64,000 nucleotides of DNA from Haplodiscus bocki (lineage: Eukaryota). Of this stretch, positions 24,240 to 36,670 are shown piece after piece (position 1 is the stretch's first letter; each line of letters opens with the position of its first letter). A program made the translations under genes and the position numbers. The notes under the pieces are model-generated. The model did not search any database and was not told where the DNA came from. It saw nothing but the letters and a program-made list of their open reading frames with translations. The stretch is taken from the NCBI GenBank assembly GCA_965655095.1, contig OZ296648.1:89590001-89654000 (forward strand), in the 5' to 3' direction.

Positions 24240-26080
24240 TTTGCAAAAAAAGAACATGCATTTTTTTGTGAGGTTCCCAAAAAACAACCAATCTAATCTT
24301 CCCTTGACGTTGGCTCCACAGCCTCACACCGCGGGCCACCGTTTTAAAATCAAACTATCAACAACTTTTTACCATACAAGAAAAACATTCTGTTCATCAG
24401 GAAGAGCATCTGTTGGGAAAACTTAAAAAATTTTTCCGATGTAATAAAATTTCCAGGATGAATAAAATTTAACAAAATCTGGGAAAGTTGTTAAAGTGGA
24501 GTTAAGGTTTCTTGAAGCTGCAGCTTCACTTGTTTGATATCCTTCTTCTCGAAATTTTCACGAGGAGATAATGAAAATTGTTTTGAAAGCTGTTTAGCTG
24601 CCTTAACGGAACTTTTGATAATCGTTTTGGAAAAAGGCCTACAACTTTTGCTTCTGCAGTTTGGGTTGAATCGGTTATCGACTTTTTCTCGTACATTCAG
24701 AACACTGACCACTTTTTACGTTCAATAGAGATCCGTTTTTCGTGCTGTTTTTTGCAGAATCATTAGTTTTCATTCGTAATACCAGAAAAACATCGACCAT
24801 TGACAGTGTTTGAATTAGTTTTTCACTTATGAGAAACGTTTGGTATCACACTAAAGGTTTACCTTCTTCTTTGTAGAACTGTATTTGAACTGTTAGTAGC
24901 ATTGAAAAAACGTCATTTTTCCTCCTCAAAAACAATTTGTTTAACGATCATCATTTTTCACGCAAAAATTTTTAACATCAAGAGTATGTATATTTAGTTT
25001 TTCGTAGTGAGTAAAACTCGGGGTCTTGATATTTTTCTACTAAAGGAATTGAATTGAAAAAAAACTGTCTAACTTTGGTCTTCTGGGCCTTTTCACTATA
25101 GTTTTCTCAACGCAAAGTTTTTCAAAATGAGCATGTTGTTTTATGGTATTGTGTCTAGTTTTATCTTCTATGTACTAAGTGAAAAATTGATAGTTTCGGA
25201 GTTGACATCGAATTGTGTATCTTTGTCGATTGCTAGATTCAGTTAAATAGTCGTACTTTTAGCAACATAGAGCTTTTTGACTTGCCTGAGCAAAAAAATT
25301 TCCTTTGGAAAAGTCGCCAGCTGATGAGTCAACCCAACAATGTTAACTTCTTTTTTCAAAATAACTCGATGAAAACTGCAGGAATTTATTACAAGGTTTT
25401 TTGAATGGAAAAAATATCCATTTTCAGGTGCGCAACTTTGAAAATTTATCCAATTTTTCCACAAAAATGGCTCCAAAGCCTCACATCGTGGGGCACCATT
25501 TGAAAATTAGCTTAAATTTGAAAATTCAAGAAATTAGTAAGTTTTCTTCGTATCAGGAACACTATTGTCCAAAAAGACGTCATAGGTTTTCGGCATTTAC
25601 CTTGTTTCCAGTATGAGCAAGTTGTAACAACATTTGGAAGGATTTTTACTTGAAAAATGTCGAACACTTACAGCGTTTGAAAATTTTTTTCACCTACGAT
25701 GAAAAATCCTTTTTTTTCGGAGACCAAACGGTTGGCTTCATTCTTCAGGTTTCAGTTACGAAATGTTTCTTCACTATGAGAAAAACTTCATCGTTTCTCC
25801 TTTGAAAACATTTGTGTTACAGACATCATTTTTTATAAAATTCTATATTACCAAGATTAGGTTTAACTTGCTCTTCATAGTGAATATTCCGTGAATTGTT
25901 GATAGATTGGTTTCTTGGGATTTTCTTGAAAAAACTGTATTTTTGGTTCCTGAGAACAATGACCAAAGTACCATGAAAGTAACCACGTTTTGAAATGAAC
26001 ATTATTTTTTCAAGTAATGCGCTAAGGTTTATTTTTCACGTGTTCTTAGACAGCTAAGTTTTTTTCTGGAGAATTGACTA
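24240..26080 (+). repeat. Two diverged direct copies of a ~0.7-0.9 kb dispersed repeat (24240-25180 and 25410-26080)
   Basis: GGCTCCACAGCCTCACACCGCGGGCCACC (24312) vs GGCTCCAAAGCCTCACATCGTGGGGCACC (25469), plus several further colinear blocks. Confidence 0.65.
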
Positions 26081-28999
26081 TCTTTCTGTGGGAGCAAAAT
26101 AAAAAATTTTCAAGCATGCGTGAAATTTGTTCGCTTTGAGTTTCACGGCCATTGCCAGGGCTTCAGTTGCAACGATCATCCTTAAGGATGCTGGAAGATT
26201 GTCGCCTCAAGTGCGCAAAGAATATATGAAGAAGAATAAACACTAGGTTTCGAGGGAGCCATCAGAAACGAAAAAGAAAAAATTTGAAAAACTGTTATGT
26301 CAGGATCCTGAATTTTTCGTCTTCTGGATTTTTTTGATGCTCTCAGTTTCTGATTAATTTTCAGTGATATATGGTTTGAATAAGGATTTTTGCTTCGGAA
26401 GCGTCTTGGATAAGTAACCGATTGCATTTCATCTTCAATTTTTTTCCACTCTGTTTACACCAACATATACAAGAAAATATAGCTTTCTCTTTGAAAAGTT
26501 TACCTTAGTCCCTAAGTTCTGGAATTGATAATTTGAAAAAAGAACCAATATGTTTTTCTTGCCTTCATTGGATATCCAGGTACTCTGCGAATTTTACGGG
26601 ATCAAACACTCAACCTGTTTAGGTTCTTCAGTTGGTTTGAAAACAGAAATGTTTCAACCCAAAGTGTTTGTTCAGGCACGGATTTGCTCTCTCCCGTGAC
26701 AGATAAAGGTTTTTCGAAGCTGCATCTAACGGTTTAAGCATTTTTTGGACTTAAACTACTCCAAAAGTATCGTCTGTTCCCTGAGAGACCGGAAACTCAG
26801 TGTTTTCAGAAGTTACTATATATAGTTTTTTACGGTTTATTTCTTTTGGATAGATTAACCGAGACAGTTTATCATCGAAAAACATTTCACGTGTTCAGAA
26901 ACATCAACATTTTTCCTTGAAGATTAACTGACCTGTGATCATCTTTTTCCGGGTAGATGTTTTTGTTACGCAGAACAAAATTTACTGTTTTATTAATTCT
27001 GACTTATGGTTTTAGTTCGTTTTATATCCTAGAGGTTGGTCTCGAAAAAGCCCTGTTTTGCTCGTTTCTTCAGTCAATTCTTTATTTGTCAACTAACATA
27101 TTCACCTTTGACATTAATATTTTTTTTAATGTAGGTTTCTAAAGAGGTTTAAAATGTAATTCTTTTCTGGTTGAATGCTCTCTCTCGGCAAATGTTAAAA
27201 ATGTTTATGAAAATCTTTTCATCATACCATATATTCTCTTCGTAGTTTCCATGTTTACTCAGAGCAGCTCTAAGTCTCAATCGGATTCCAACTTTTCTCA
27301 AAAACTATTATTCGTTTTTGTATTTGTCGATTCCATTGCGCCATGTTATCACTCATAGATACGATTTTGTCGGGTCAAGTTACATCAATCGTAATAAGAA
27401 AACTGCGTCTTCAAAAAGCATTGTGATTCTAGACATCATACAATAGACATGATTGTGCTTTCGATTCTCAATCATTATTTCGTTTTCTGACTTGACGTGA
27501 AGTCTTCGGGATCTGATGAACAACAAGAACCCTCTGGATTTGGGTGGAGACTTTACATTCCGTTTTAAAATTTTTCTTCAGGTGAAGGTATTTTTTTCCT
27601 AAAAATCCTTCCTTAATTTTTGAGTCCTCCCAGTTTTCAATGGTGTAGAATATATCAACGAAATTTGTCTCATTTTTACAAAAACAGATCTAAACCCATC
27701 TAATCTTGTGAAGCCCAAATTTTTTTTTTTCGTCTTCTATTTTCTCACAATGCATCTAGAAACTGTCACCGTACATACAATGTTCACTTTCAAGGTTTTC
27801 ATAGCTCAATTCGGGTTTGCTCAGTGAAGATGTTTTTTTGTTTTTAGTATTCAAGTTAAAAGTTTTTGGGTTTTGTTTTGGAGATATAGATTCAATCAAA
27901 ACTTCCATTACCAGTTGTTGGTTCTTTTCGAAAATTTTTCTGCTTTTCTAATTCGTTTTTTTTTATTTTCAATATTGGTACCTGCAAGACTGAGAGATAG
28001 GACCACAAAATGCTTCCACAAACAGCAACAGACCTTAACTTTGTTAATTTCAAATTTTCTTCGTGTTATTTGTTGTATTCTGTTGTTATTTCAGCACTGG
28101 ACGAGTTTCTCTGGTTGAAAGATTTTAAAACAGCTACTTCAGAATCACGGTAAATGAAATGTTTTCATAAATTTTATTTCGAAGAAATAGAGGGTTGCAC
28201 ACACTTCCACTCTGCTGCATCGTATACTCAAAAAATGTACACCTCTTTGTCTTGTCCTGATGCATTTTAGTACGCTGACTTTTGGGGGACAAACATTAGA
28301 GTCAAAATAAATTTCTCCCAAAAAAGCGACCTAGTTTTTAGATATAGGTTCACTAATGCCCTTTTTCTATCGAAACCACGATCTGTGATGTTTTTTCTTT
28401 TTCTACATATTAGGGAGGGCAAAGAAATACCTTGCTGAAGTTTTTTATTTGCTGTAGCTTTTTTTGTAATACATATCTGGGTGCAAACTTTTGGAAGTAT
28501 TCTTTAGTTCTCCAGATTTTCACGTTTTTGTTATTTCCTAAAAATCAAAAACTCCTTTATTACATCATCTACGTTTTCATGTGTATCGATCAATCGCTCA
28601 AAATAGAGAGATTGTTTTGTTGAGTTATTGGCATCTTTAATTTGTACAGTCAGACCTAAATCAAAACCTCTTGGAGATCCAAGACTATTTTCTTTTCATG
28701 AAAAAATTTCTTCGTTCTAAATTTGAGTCGAACTAAAGAAACGGTAGTCAGTTGTTTACTGCCTGTAGTTATTTTAACTGGATAACTTTTGTTTTGGACG
28801 TCTGACTTTACCATTGCTCTCATTATTCACGTCTCTTATACACAATAATGGTTTGGATTTTAGGTCGGAAAGATTAATTTTTTGTTTTTTCTCTAACGCT
28901 TCTATCTAACCAAAGTTCTCTTCACTTTTGTTATAGTATTCAGTTCTTTCATATTTATCATATCTCACATAACCACATAACTCTTCTTTTCTATAAATA

Positions 29000-29720
29000 T
29001 TTTGATTTTCTTCATATCGTTTTCACTCTGCTTTGCAGTAAGAAAAACGTTTTCCAAAAAGAAATCACTGCACATCTGGGATGCCTGATAGAATGAGCCG
29101 TCAACACTAACTAGGCATGGTGTCGTCCATTAGGTTTGTATTTGTAATATTTTCGTAACTCCAGTTTGTGGTGTATCGTATAGAGATCAACCTTGATAAT
29201 AGCAGCTCTACCTAAATTTTCTGTTTCATAATCAAGCAATCTGTTCAGTCACTCTTCCATTCGTTGAGTTGTAGTTTTTTTCATAAATTCTTTCTGAAAC
29301 TAAATCACGAGTTATCTTTGAGGATCTACAAACAGTTTCTCATACTCTTTAGTTTTTCAAAAACTGGGTTTTCTTTTCTTTTATCAAATGTTATTTTACT
29401 TTTCTCTGCCTTTATTGCTCTGCAGAACTATACCCATTATGACTTTTTAATTTGATATTGTCAAGAAAATTGAATTGTTTTACCTACAAATTAGGGATCA
29501 TGTTCTGTTTCAGAAAATTTTGTTTTTTTTTGGAAACCCATTTTGGGAATACATTTTGTGGATGATGCTTGGAAATTCACTGTGTAAAGTTTTTGCCCTA
29601 CTTTCGCGTATTGAAGTTGACCACCCATACAGACGAAATTTATTGAAATGAACTGAAAGAAACTGATTTCTTTTCTTTCAGTTGAATGATCACCAAGATT
29701 GAAGAAATCCAATATCCAAT
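29000..29720 (-). pseudogene. Maverick/Polinton-type retroviral-like integrase pseudogene (copy 1)
   Basis: Minus-strand fragments WILDFFNLGDH...FRLYGWST...FSETEHDP*FV...SAEQ...NPVFEK...TTNWSYE...DDTMPS are colinear with the integrase remnant at 52580-53450. Confidence 0.55.
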
Positions 29721-30089
29721 TATTAACAGTTTTTTTTCAGTCTTTTTTGCAGCATACTGTCTAGTAAGTCACTTACAAGACTTTTTTGGAATGAAGACGT
29801 TTACTTTTTATCAGCACTTTAAAACGTTTGTAGTCCGTTTTTTTGGGCTAAGGTGAATTCAAAGTGGGAAGGGTTTTTAAAAAATGCAACAAATTTTCGT
29901 ATTGGAAGTGCAACACAGAAATATGCTTTATAAGAAGTTAAAAAGAAATCTTTGTGTAGATTTGATGGTAGAAAAAATAAAAAACTGAAGTTTACCATGG
30001 AATTGAAATAGGGTTTTTTGTATATCAATGGAAGAACAAAAAAAAATTCGAAACTTGATTTGCGAAATTTTCTCGATAGTATCGCTGTT

Positions 30090-31010
30090 AAACCAATTGA
30101 ACGTTCAAATTTTGGAAGTAATTTTTTTCAAAACATTTCTGCTTTGAAGCTTTTTGAAAACTGTAGTTTTTGAAATTTGATGTTTTCAAAAACAAAAGTC
30201 TTGGGAGCGTGAATTTGCTGACGTCTTAAGTCTTTGAAACATTCCAAAATCTAACGTACTGAGTCCGGAAACAATGAGTTTCGAGTATACAACAAAGTTT
30301 GAAGTTGAATATTTTGTAACCTTGATTTTTCGGAATTCCAAGTTTTACAGAGAGGTGTAATTTTCAGGGCAAGTGTTTTGAAAAATTTTAGCTCGTATGA
30401 GAAAGTGCAATCTTTAGGTCAGTTTTCTTATTTGGGCCATAATTTGTGAAAAGAAGTTTACCATCAAATGAGTGAAATGAAGCTTGGGATTTAATAGGAG
30501 AGAAAAACCTACTCACGATATTGTGAGGTCAACTTCTTTTATAAGGTCGGAAAAGTTCAGGAAACGAACAGCATGATAAATTGGAATGGTTTGTGAATTG
30601 GCGTTTTAATTGCCCAGTTTCAGGGCTCTGTGCTTTGATCAACCGAGTCAACTCCATCAAAATTTTTTATTCCTGACCTTATTTTCTCAGAGAAACAATC
30701 AGTGATGTTCATTTACACTTCTTGATGTTTCAGAAAAACTGTAAGCGCTTGAATTTTACTGGCTGTCTTTCTGGTAAATTATACAGGTATCTCCAAATCA
30801 CAGTAAATTTCTGGCTCAGAAATAATTTTTCCACCCTAAGAAGCTGGTTTAAAAAAAATGATATCCTGAAAATGTCATTTTTGTTTTTGGTTAAGTGTTT
30901 TTTTAGATCGAGGTGAAAAGCAATCAATAGCTCAAGAAATAGAAATCATTTTCTTCCAAAACAATTTTTTCCGCTTTCATTCTCGGTTCAACCACATTAC
31001 CACATTGTCA
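30090..31010 (-). repeat. Dispersed ~0.9 kb repeat, inverted copy of 46070-46950
   Basis: For example TTTTAATTGCCCAGTTTCAGGGCTCTGTG (30604) and TTCTGGTAAATTATACAGGTATCTC (30769) are exact reverse complements of segments near 46435-46463 and 46275-46299. Confidence 0.85.
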
Positions 31011-34000
31011 GTCACCATACTTCTGTTCTGAGACGCAAAAAACCAATTTTTTTGCTTTCAGGTTACAAGAGGCACCCAAGTGGAAACGTAACTGTTGGCT
31101 TTTCGCGTCACACACAAATTTGCTTCAAATACAATGTGACAGAATTTTTTTTCAAAAAGAAATTAGCACATTTTAAAGTTCCTCCGTATCAAACGTTTTC
31201 AAAAACAGATGTTAGTTTAAGGTGTAGAAGGTAAAATAGAAACGTAATTTCTCTTTTTCTTTCAGTGATGGACTTTCTGTCAATTTTCACGGAATTTTTA
31301 TTTCAAGTAAAAACTAGAAAATGTAGCTACCACAGATGAAAATGAAATGTGATTTTTGATTGGGAAAGAACAGTATCAGGATTTTTTGAAGCGTGAGTAA
31401 CACCTTCAAACAAAAACAAGAATTGTTAGCTTGCAGCCAACTGAAGGAACAACTTTGTCGTTTCAGCATACCTCTCCTGCTTTGATTCTTACGGATTTTC
31501 ATCTCCACAATTCTTAAGGATTCAACAAAATGGATAGTTGTCTATCCAAAGTGTCCAAGTAAATGCGGTGGTAGCCTATGTGCTTCAACTTTTCTGCACT
31601 CTCCCAGAGAATTTTAGAAAAGAATTGAAAAGAGAGCTTCTCAGTTTTTTGTCAAAACTTAATAAGTTGAGAAAAACTTTACCAATATCTTCTGCCAAAA
31701 TTGTGTATGATTATAATCAAACTTATTGAAACAACTTGACAGATGTAATAAGAGGAGAAAACAACCCAAACACGGCTAGCTAGAACCAGAAATCCAAGAA
31801 CGATAAACTGGCTGTCGAGAATCAGGTTAGATTGACGGAACCAATGCCATTGTTAAACGGTAAACAGTATCGGAAAAGAATGTAAAAAATCTCTATCTCT
31901 GCCCGTGTTTTGAAATTATGAAGGATCTGCCTTTAACTTCAAAAAGGAACTTCAAAAAAAACATCGACTGAAAAGTTTAAAAACATTCTTGTACTTTTTT
32001 GTCGGATTAAAAATCAACAACACTCTTCAATGATTCTTGTTTAAGGTAAATTTTTGTTTTTTGTCTCCCTCTTCGAATGTGTACGCTACTAGTTTCGTTT
32101 AGTTTTTTTTCTTTATTTAGGAGAACTTACATTGAGTGTTCTTTAGAAAACGTCTACTATAAAAATTTCTCTTACAAAGATAAAAAGTTCACCTATTTTA
32201 AAATGGGGAGTGACATTTTTTACAACTGTGTAGTTTCTTACATGACTTGATTGTTTGTACTCCTTTTTTGATCAACTTATAAGCCAAGATTTTTTGCATG
32301 TAGGTTGATTCCTGTTTTTTCCTATGACCCATAACTTTTCCAAGATGCTCCACTCAGATTCTTTTTAATAGTGTGTAGTTAATAATGGAATAAAGAAATT
32401 TTCATTATTAACTTCGGCTGGGTGCTGTCATAAAGCTCAATAGAAACAGCTTCAGGATCAGTATAAATGGAAATTACCTCACTCTTTACTTTTAATAAAA
32501 GCTGATACATTTCATTAGCATTTTGCGCCATATTTTAAGAATAAGAAAGGAAAATCTTTCACTCAAAGGCACCATTTCTGACGTTTTTTTTTCACCTGAT
32601 GTTTGCCAATTGCGTTCACACCTCATCAGAAATTTTGTGCATGTTTCTGAACGTGAAATTTTTGTTGTACCAAAGTTTAGCCGTAAAATGCGACGGAAAT
32701 AATAAGACTTCACAAAGCGTTCAAATTTTGGGCTTCTTGAAAAAATAGGTGAGTGTTTCGAAAAAAACTTGAAGTTTTTCAAAATCTTTCCAAGCGGCGA
32801 ACTTGCTGTATAATGCGTATCAACTGTTTTTAATTCCTAGAAATGTCTTTTCCGTCCTTTTTTCGAAAATTTTCGTGAAGAAGTCAGGAAACTTTGATTG
32901 CTGGAAAATTAGAACTTAGGATAATTAGAGAATTTTTTCGGGAAAAACTGTTTTCATCTTTTTACAAACGTTGTTGAAAAAAATAGAAGTGCCTAAAATA
33001 AGCCTATGGTAGCCAGCCGTCTTGTTGCATTGCTTTCGATAAATAACCAACTTTCTTCTTGGCTAAAAGGATAACATCTATCAATGCTTTTTTTCACTAT
33101 CCCTTCCATAACTAATGTTAGGAGGATTTCTCATGCAAATTTACTACAACTTTCCACCAGATTGAAAGTTAACATACAACCGCCTTTAAGTGGGCTATGA
33201 AAAGTTTTCTCAGTAGATCAATTGATCAAAATTCAAGTTTTCATTCAAATTTTCTTTCGAATTGAGGAAACTTTTCAGAATGGTAGAGTAAATTTTTTTT
33301 CGTGAGCTCGCTACCCAAAATCTTTTTCATTTTCTTGCTTTTCATTGATTAAAAAAGGATTGAAGATTCAACAAAAAATCTGAATTTTGAATTGGATAAA
33401 TGATTCTTCCTGGAAACATTTGCTTCTTCTTTTTAATGCGCTTTCACGTGAAATTTTATGTCATCACCATTTTGTAACAAGGGGAACCTACATTGATAAA
33501 AGCATTCCAACAGTTCAAAAGAGTCAAATTTAGCTAAATCAGAGAGAACTCTACAGAATCAGAGGTAGTAGATTTATCAGAGTCTTTTTTAAGAAAATCG
33601 TACGATGGCACAGGAATACTCACAACCTCTTCCTTAAAATCAGACTGACGTAAAAAACCCTGAGCGAAGTACTTAGTTTTCGGCTAACACTATACAGAAT
33701 GGATCCATAAAAGTTTGTTGAGGTTTCACTCTCTGCTAAGAAAATCAGGCAACGTATTTTTTAGCACTGTCTTATTCGGTGACGAATGTGTTTTTTTCCA
33801 GTTCAAGGAAAAGATAAAGGATCGTTTTTGAAGTTGGTTGTTAACATGGAGAGAGATCTAACGAGTCAAATGAATTATCAGAAAGGAAGGTCGTTTTTTT
33901 AGGTGATTTATTGGTTGCCGATAGTGGGAGTAAAGTTACCAAAATCACAAGACGATTTAACCCGCATGAATCGACAGAGAATCTCTCAAATAAAAAGCTT

Positions 34001-35099
34001 CTTTCAAACGCTTTTGAAAGCTTCAATTCAATTTTTAAGAAATAAGTCGTAAACTTCCATCAAAAAAAGCCTTCTTGAGAAAATGCTCGAATTCAAAACT
34101 AAATATGGTTCGATCACTCGTTTTGCTTCTTCAATTTCATCTTCTTCACTCCAAAAGTAAAAATATATAGATTTTTTAAAATGTGATGGGGAACCGCACT
34201 GGAAAATAGAACTTTTGAGAGAATGTACAGAACCAAAAAAAATCTAGTCTTGTATATTTTTTCCATAGTTGTTTAATACTGTTTTCAGTGAAATATTACC
34301 GTTACGCTTTCGTTTTTATGAAAATTACTAGACAAAAACAAGCTTAGTAAAGTTGAAATGCGCAGTAATGTTAATTGTACTTAGTTTTTTAAGGAGTAGA
34401 TACAACACAGTACCACTAATGTAAATTGAAGACATTTAGCTCTACTATTCTACTATTTTCACTGAATTTCAGACAAAATGCAGAAACGCTGAAAAATGAT
34501 CCTTTTGAAAACTTCGTTTCGACGATAGAATAAATCAAGTAACTTTCGAGTGCAAGCAATGAACTCCTATTGAAAACCTTCAAATAAACCAATCGTAGAG
34601 TAAAGAGTGTGTCGCGTTATAGCTAACGCTAAACAGATATGTTTCTTAAATACGTGCAGTAAGCTATTAAACAGGAAAGGAATAATGTTCAATATGAGAA
34701 CTGCGGATGGTATTGACTAACCTGGGAGTTGCTGTTGTTGGTAAATGGCATGCAGTATAAACGAAAGCTGAAGGATTGGAATTGCACAAAGAGAAGGAAA
34801 AGCAAAATTTCTAAAAGCATGGAAATGTGGTTCGGCGCTAGTGTCTCAACGACTAGTCACGAAGATGTCGTCATAACTTCGTTTCCTAGCTGGTACGAGA
34901 AAGCGGCTTCGCCATTTTTGACTTACTCGCTTACCGGCCGGCAGCCATATTCTTTTCCCTTATTTCACTTCCTTCCCCTTACGCCTCGCTTTCCTTTCCT
35001 TCTTGTTTGGCTAGAATTATCCTGAATTCTCTCCTCTCTTTCCGCGGACGAAAATATTCTATGACAATTCTATTTGTCTTGCCTACAAGTTTTGCCGCT

Positions 35100-35590
35100 T
35101 ACAGACCCAACTTACTCGCTCTCGAATTTTCACCAAATGATCCTATTGGCTCTCGCTCAAACGGAGGCCATCTTGAAAATTCAAGTATAAATAGCCGGCG
35201 CACAGCTAGAGTATTCATTCGCTTTTTAACCTATTTCCCCGAGGCGAAACTCTCTTTCTCTTCCCTCTCGTCATGATTTTGGAATAATATCTTATTTCCA
35301 AAAATATTCCAAGACAACTTTAAAACTCGTCTTAGCCAAATTCCTTGATCGCCTCAACAGAATTATTCTAACACAATTTCAAAACTTGTCTTAGCCGCAA
35401 ATTCTGCTCTACAGAACCAACTTACCCGCTCTAGATTTCTCACCAAATGATCCTATTGGCTCTCGCTTGAACGGCGGCCATCTTGGAAGTATCGAGTATA
35501 AATACCCAGTGCACGGCCATAATATTCAGATGCTGGCTAGCGTCAACTACCAACTTCCCCGAGGCGAAACTCTCTTCCACCTTCCTCTCA
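35100..35590 (+). promoter_or_regulatory. Tandemly duplicated Pol II promoter module (CCAAT box - YY1-like GCCATCTTG - TATAAATA)
   Basis: Copy 1: ATTGG 35145, GCCATCTTG 35167, TATAAATA 35186. Copy 2: ATTGG 35455, GCCATCTTG 35477, TATAAATA 35497. Period ~310 bp. Confidence 0.7.
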
Positions 35591-35724
35591 CCCATTCTGG
35601 AAATATTCAAAGACTCTTCATCAACAACCCGAAAATATCCAAAGACTTTTTTGCCTGCAAAATTGTCTTAGCCGCGAATCATCACCTATAGTCCGAAACT
35701 ATTCAAAGACTTTTCGACCAGCAA

Positions 35725-36670
35725 AAGCAGCAATCAACAGCAGCAACCAGCAGCAATCAACAGCAGCAACCAGCAGCAGCAATCAACAGCAGCAACCAGC
35801 AGCAGCAATCAACAGCAGCAACCAGCAGCAGCAATCAACAGCAGCAACCAGCAGCAGCAATCAACAGCAGCAACCAGCAGCAGCAATCAACAGCAGCAAC
35901 CAGCAGCAGCAATCAACAGCAGCAACCAGCAGCAGCAATCAACAGCAGCAACCAGCAGCAGCAATCAACAGCAGCAACCAGCAGCAGCAATCAACAGCAG
36001 CAACCAGCAGCAGCAATCAACAGCAGCAACCAGCAGCAGCAATCAACAGCAGCAACCAGCAGCAGCAATCAACAGCAGCAACCAGCAGCAGCAATCAACA
36101 GCAGCAACCAGCAGCAGCAATCAACAGCAGCAACCAGCAGCAGCAATCAACAGCAGCAACCAGCAGCAGCAATCAACAGCAGCAACCAGCAGCAGCAATC
36201 AACAGCAGCAACCAGCAGCAGCAATCAACAGCAGCAACCAGCAGCAGCAATCAACAGCAGCAACCAGCAGCAGCAATCAACAGCAGCAACCAGCAGCAGC
36301 AATCAACAGCAGCAACCAGCAGCAGCAATCAACAGCAGCAACCAGCAGCAGCAATCAACAGCAGCAACCAGCAGCAGCAATCAACAGCAGCAACCAGCAG
36401 CAGCAATCAACAGCAGCAACCAGCAGCAGCAATCAACAGCAGCAACCAGCAGCAGCAATCAACAGCAGCAACCAGCAGCAGCAATCAACAGCAGCAACCA
36501 GCAGCAGCAATCAACAGCAGCAACCAGCAGCAGCAATCAACAGCAGCAACCAGCAGCAGCAATCAACAGCAGCAACCAGCAGCAGCAATCAACAGCAGCA
36601 ACCAGCAGCAGCAATCAACAGCAGCAACCAGCAGCAGCAATCAACAGCAGCAATTAGCAGCAACAACCAG
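35725..36670 (+). repeat. 26-bp minisatellite (CAGCAGCAGCAATCAACAGCAGCAAC)n
   Basis: 33 perfect units at 35771-36628, one near-perfect unit after and two ~23-bp variants before. Confidence 0.98.

Noticed and set aside
35725-36670. CRISPR array or polyglutamine gene
   Set aside because: Units are contiguous with no unique spacers and no cas genes are present. The 26-bp period and lack of AUG do not fit a polyQ CDS, and the array lies inside a TSD-flanked LTR.
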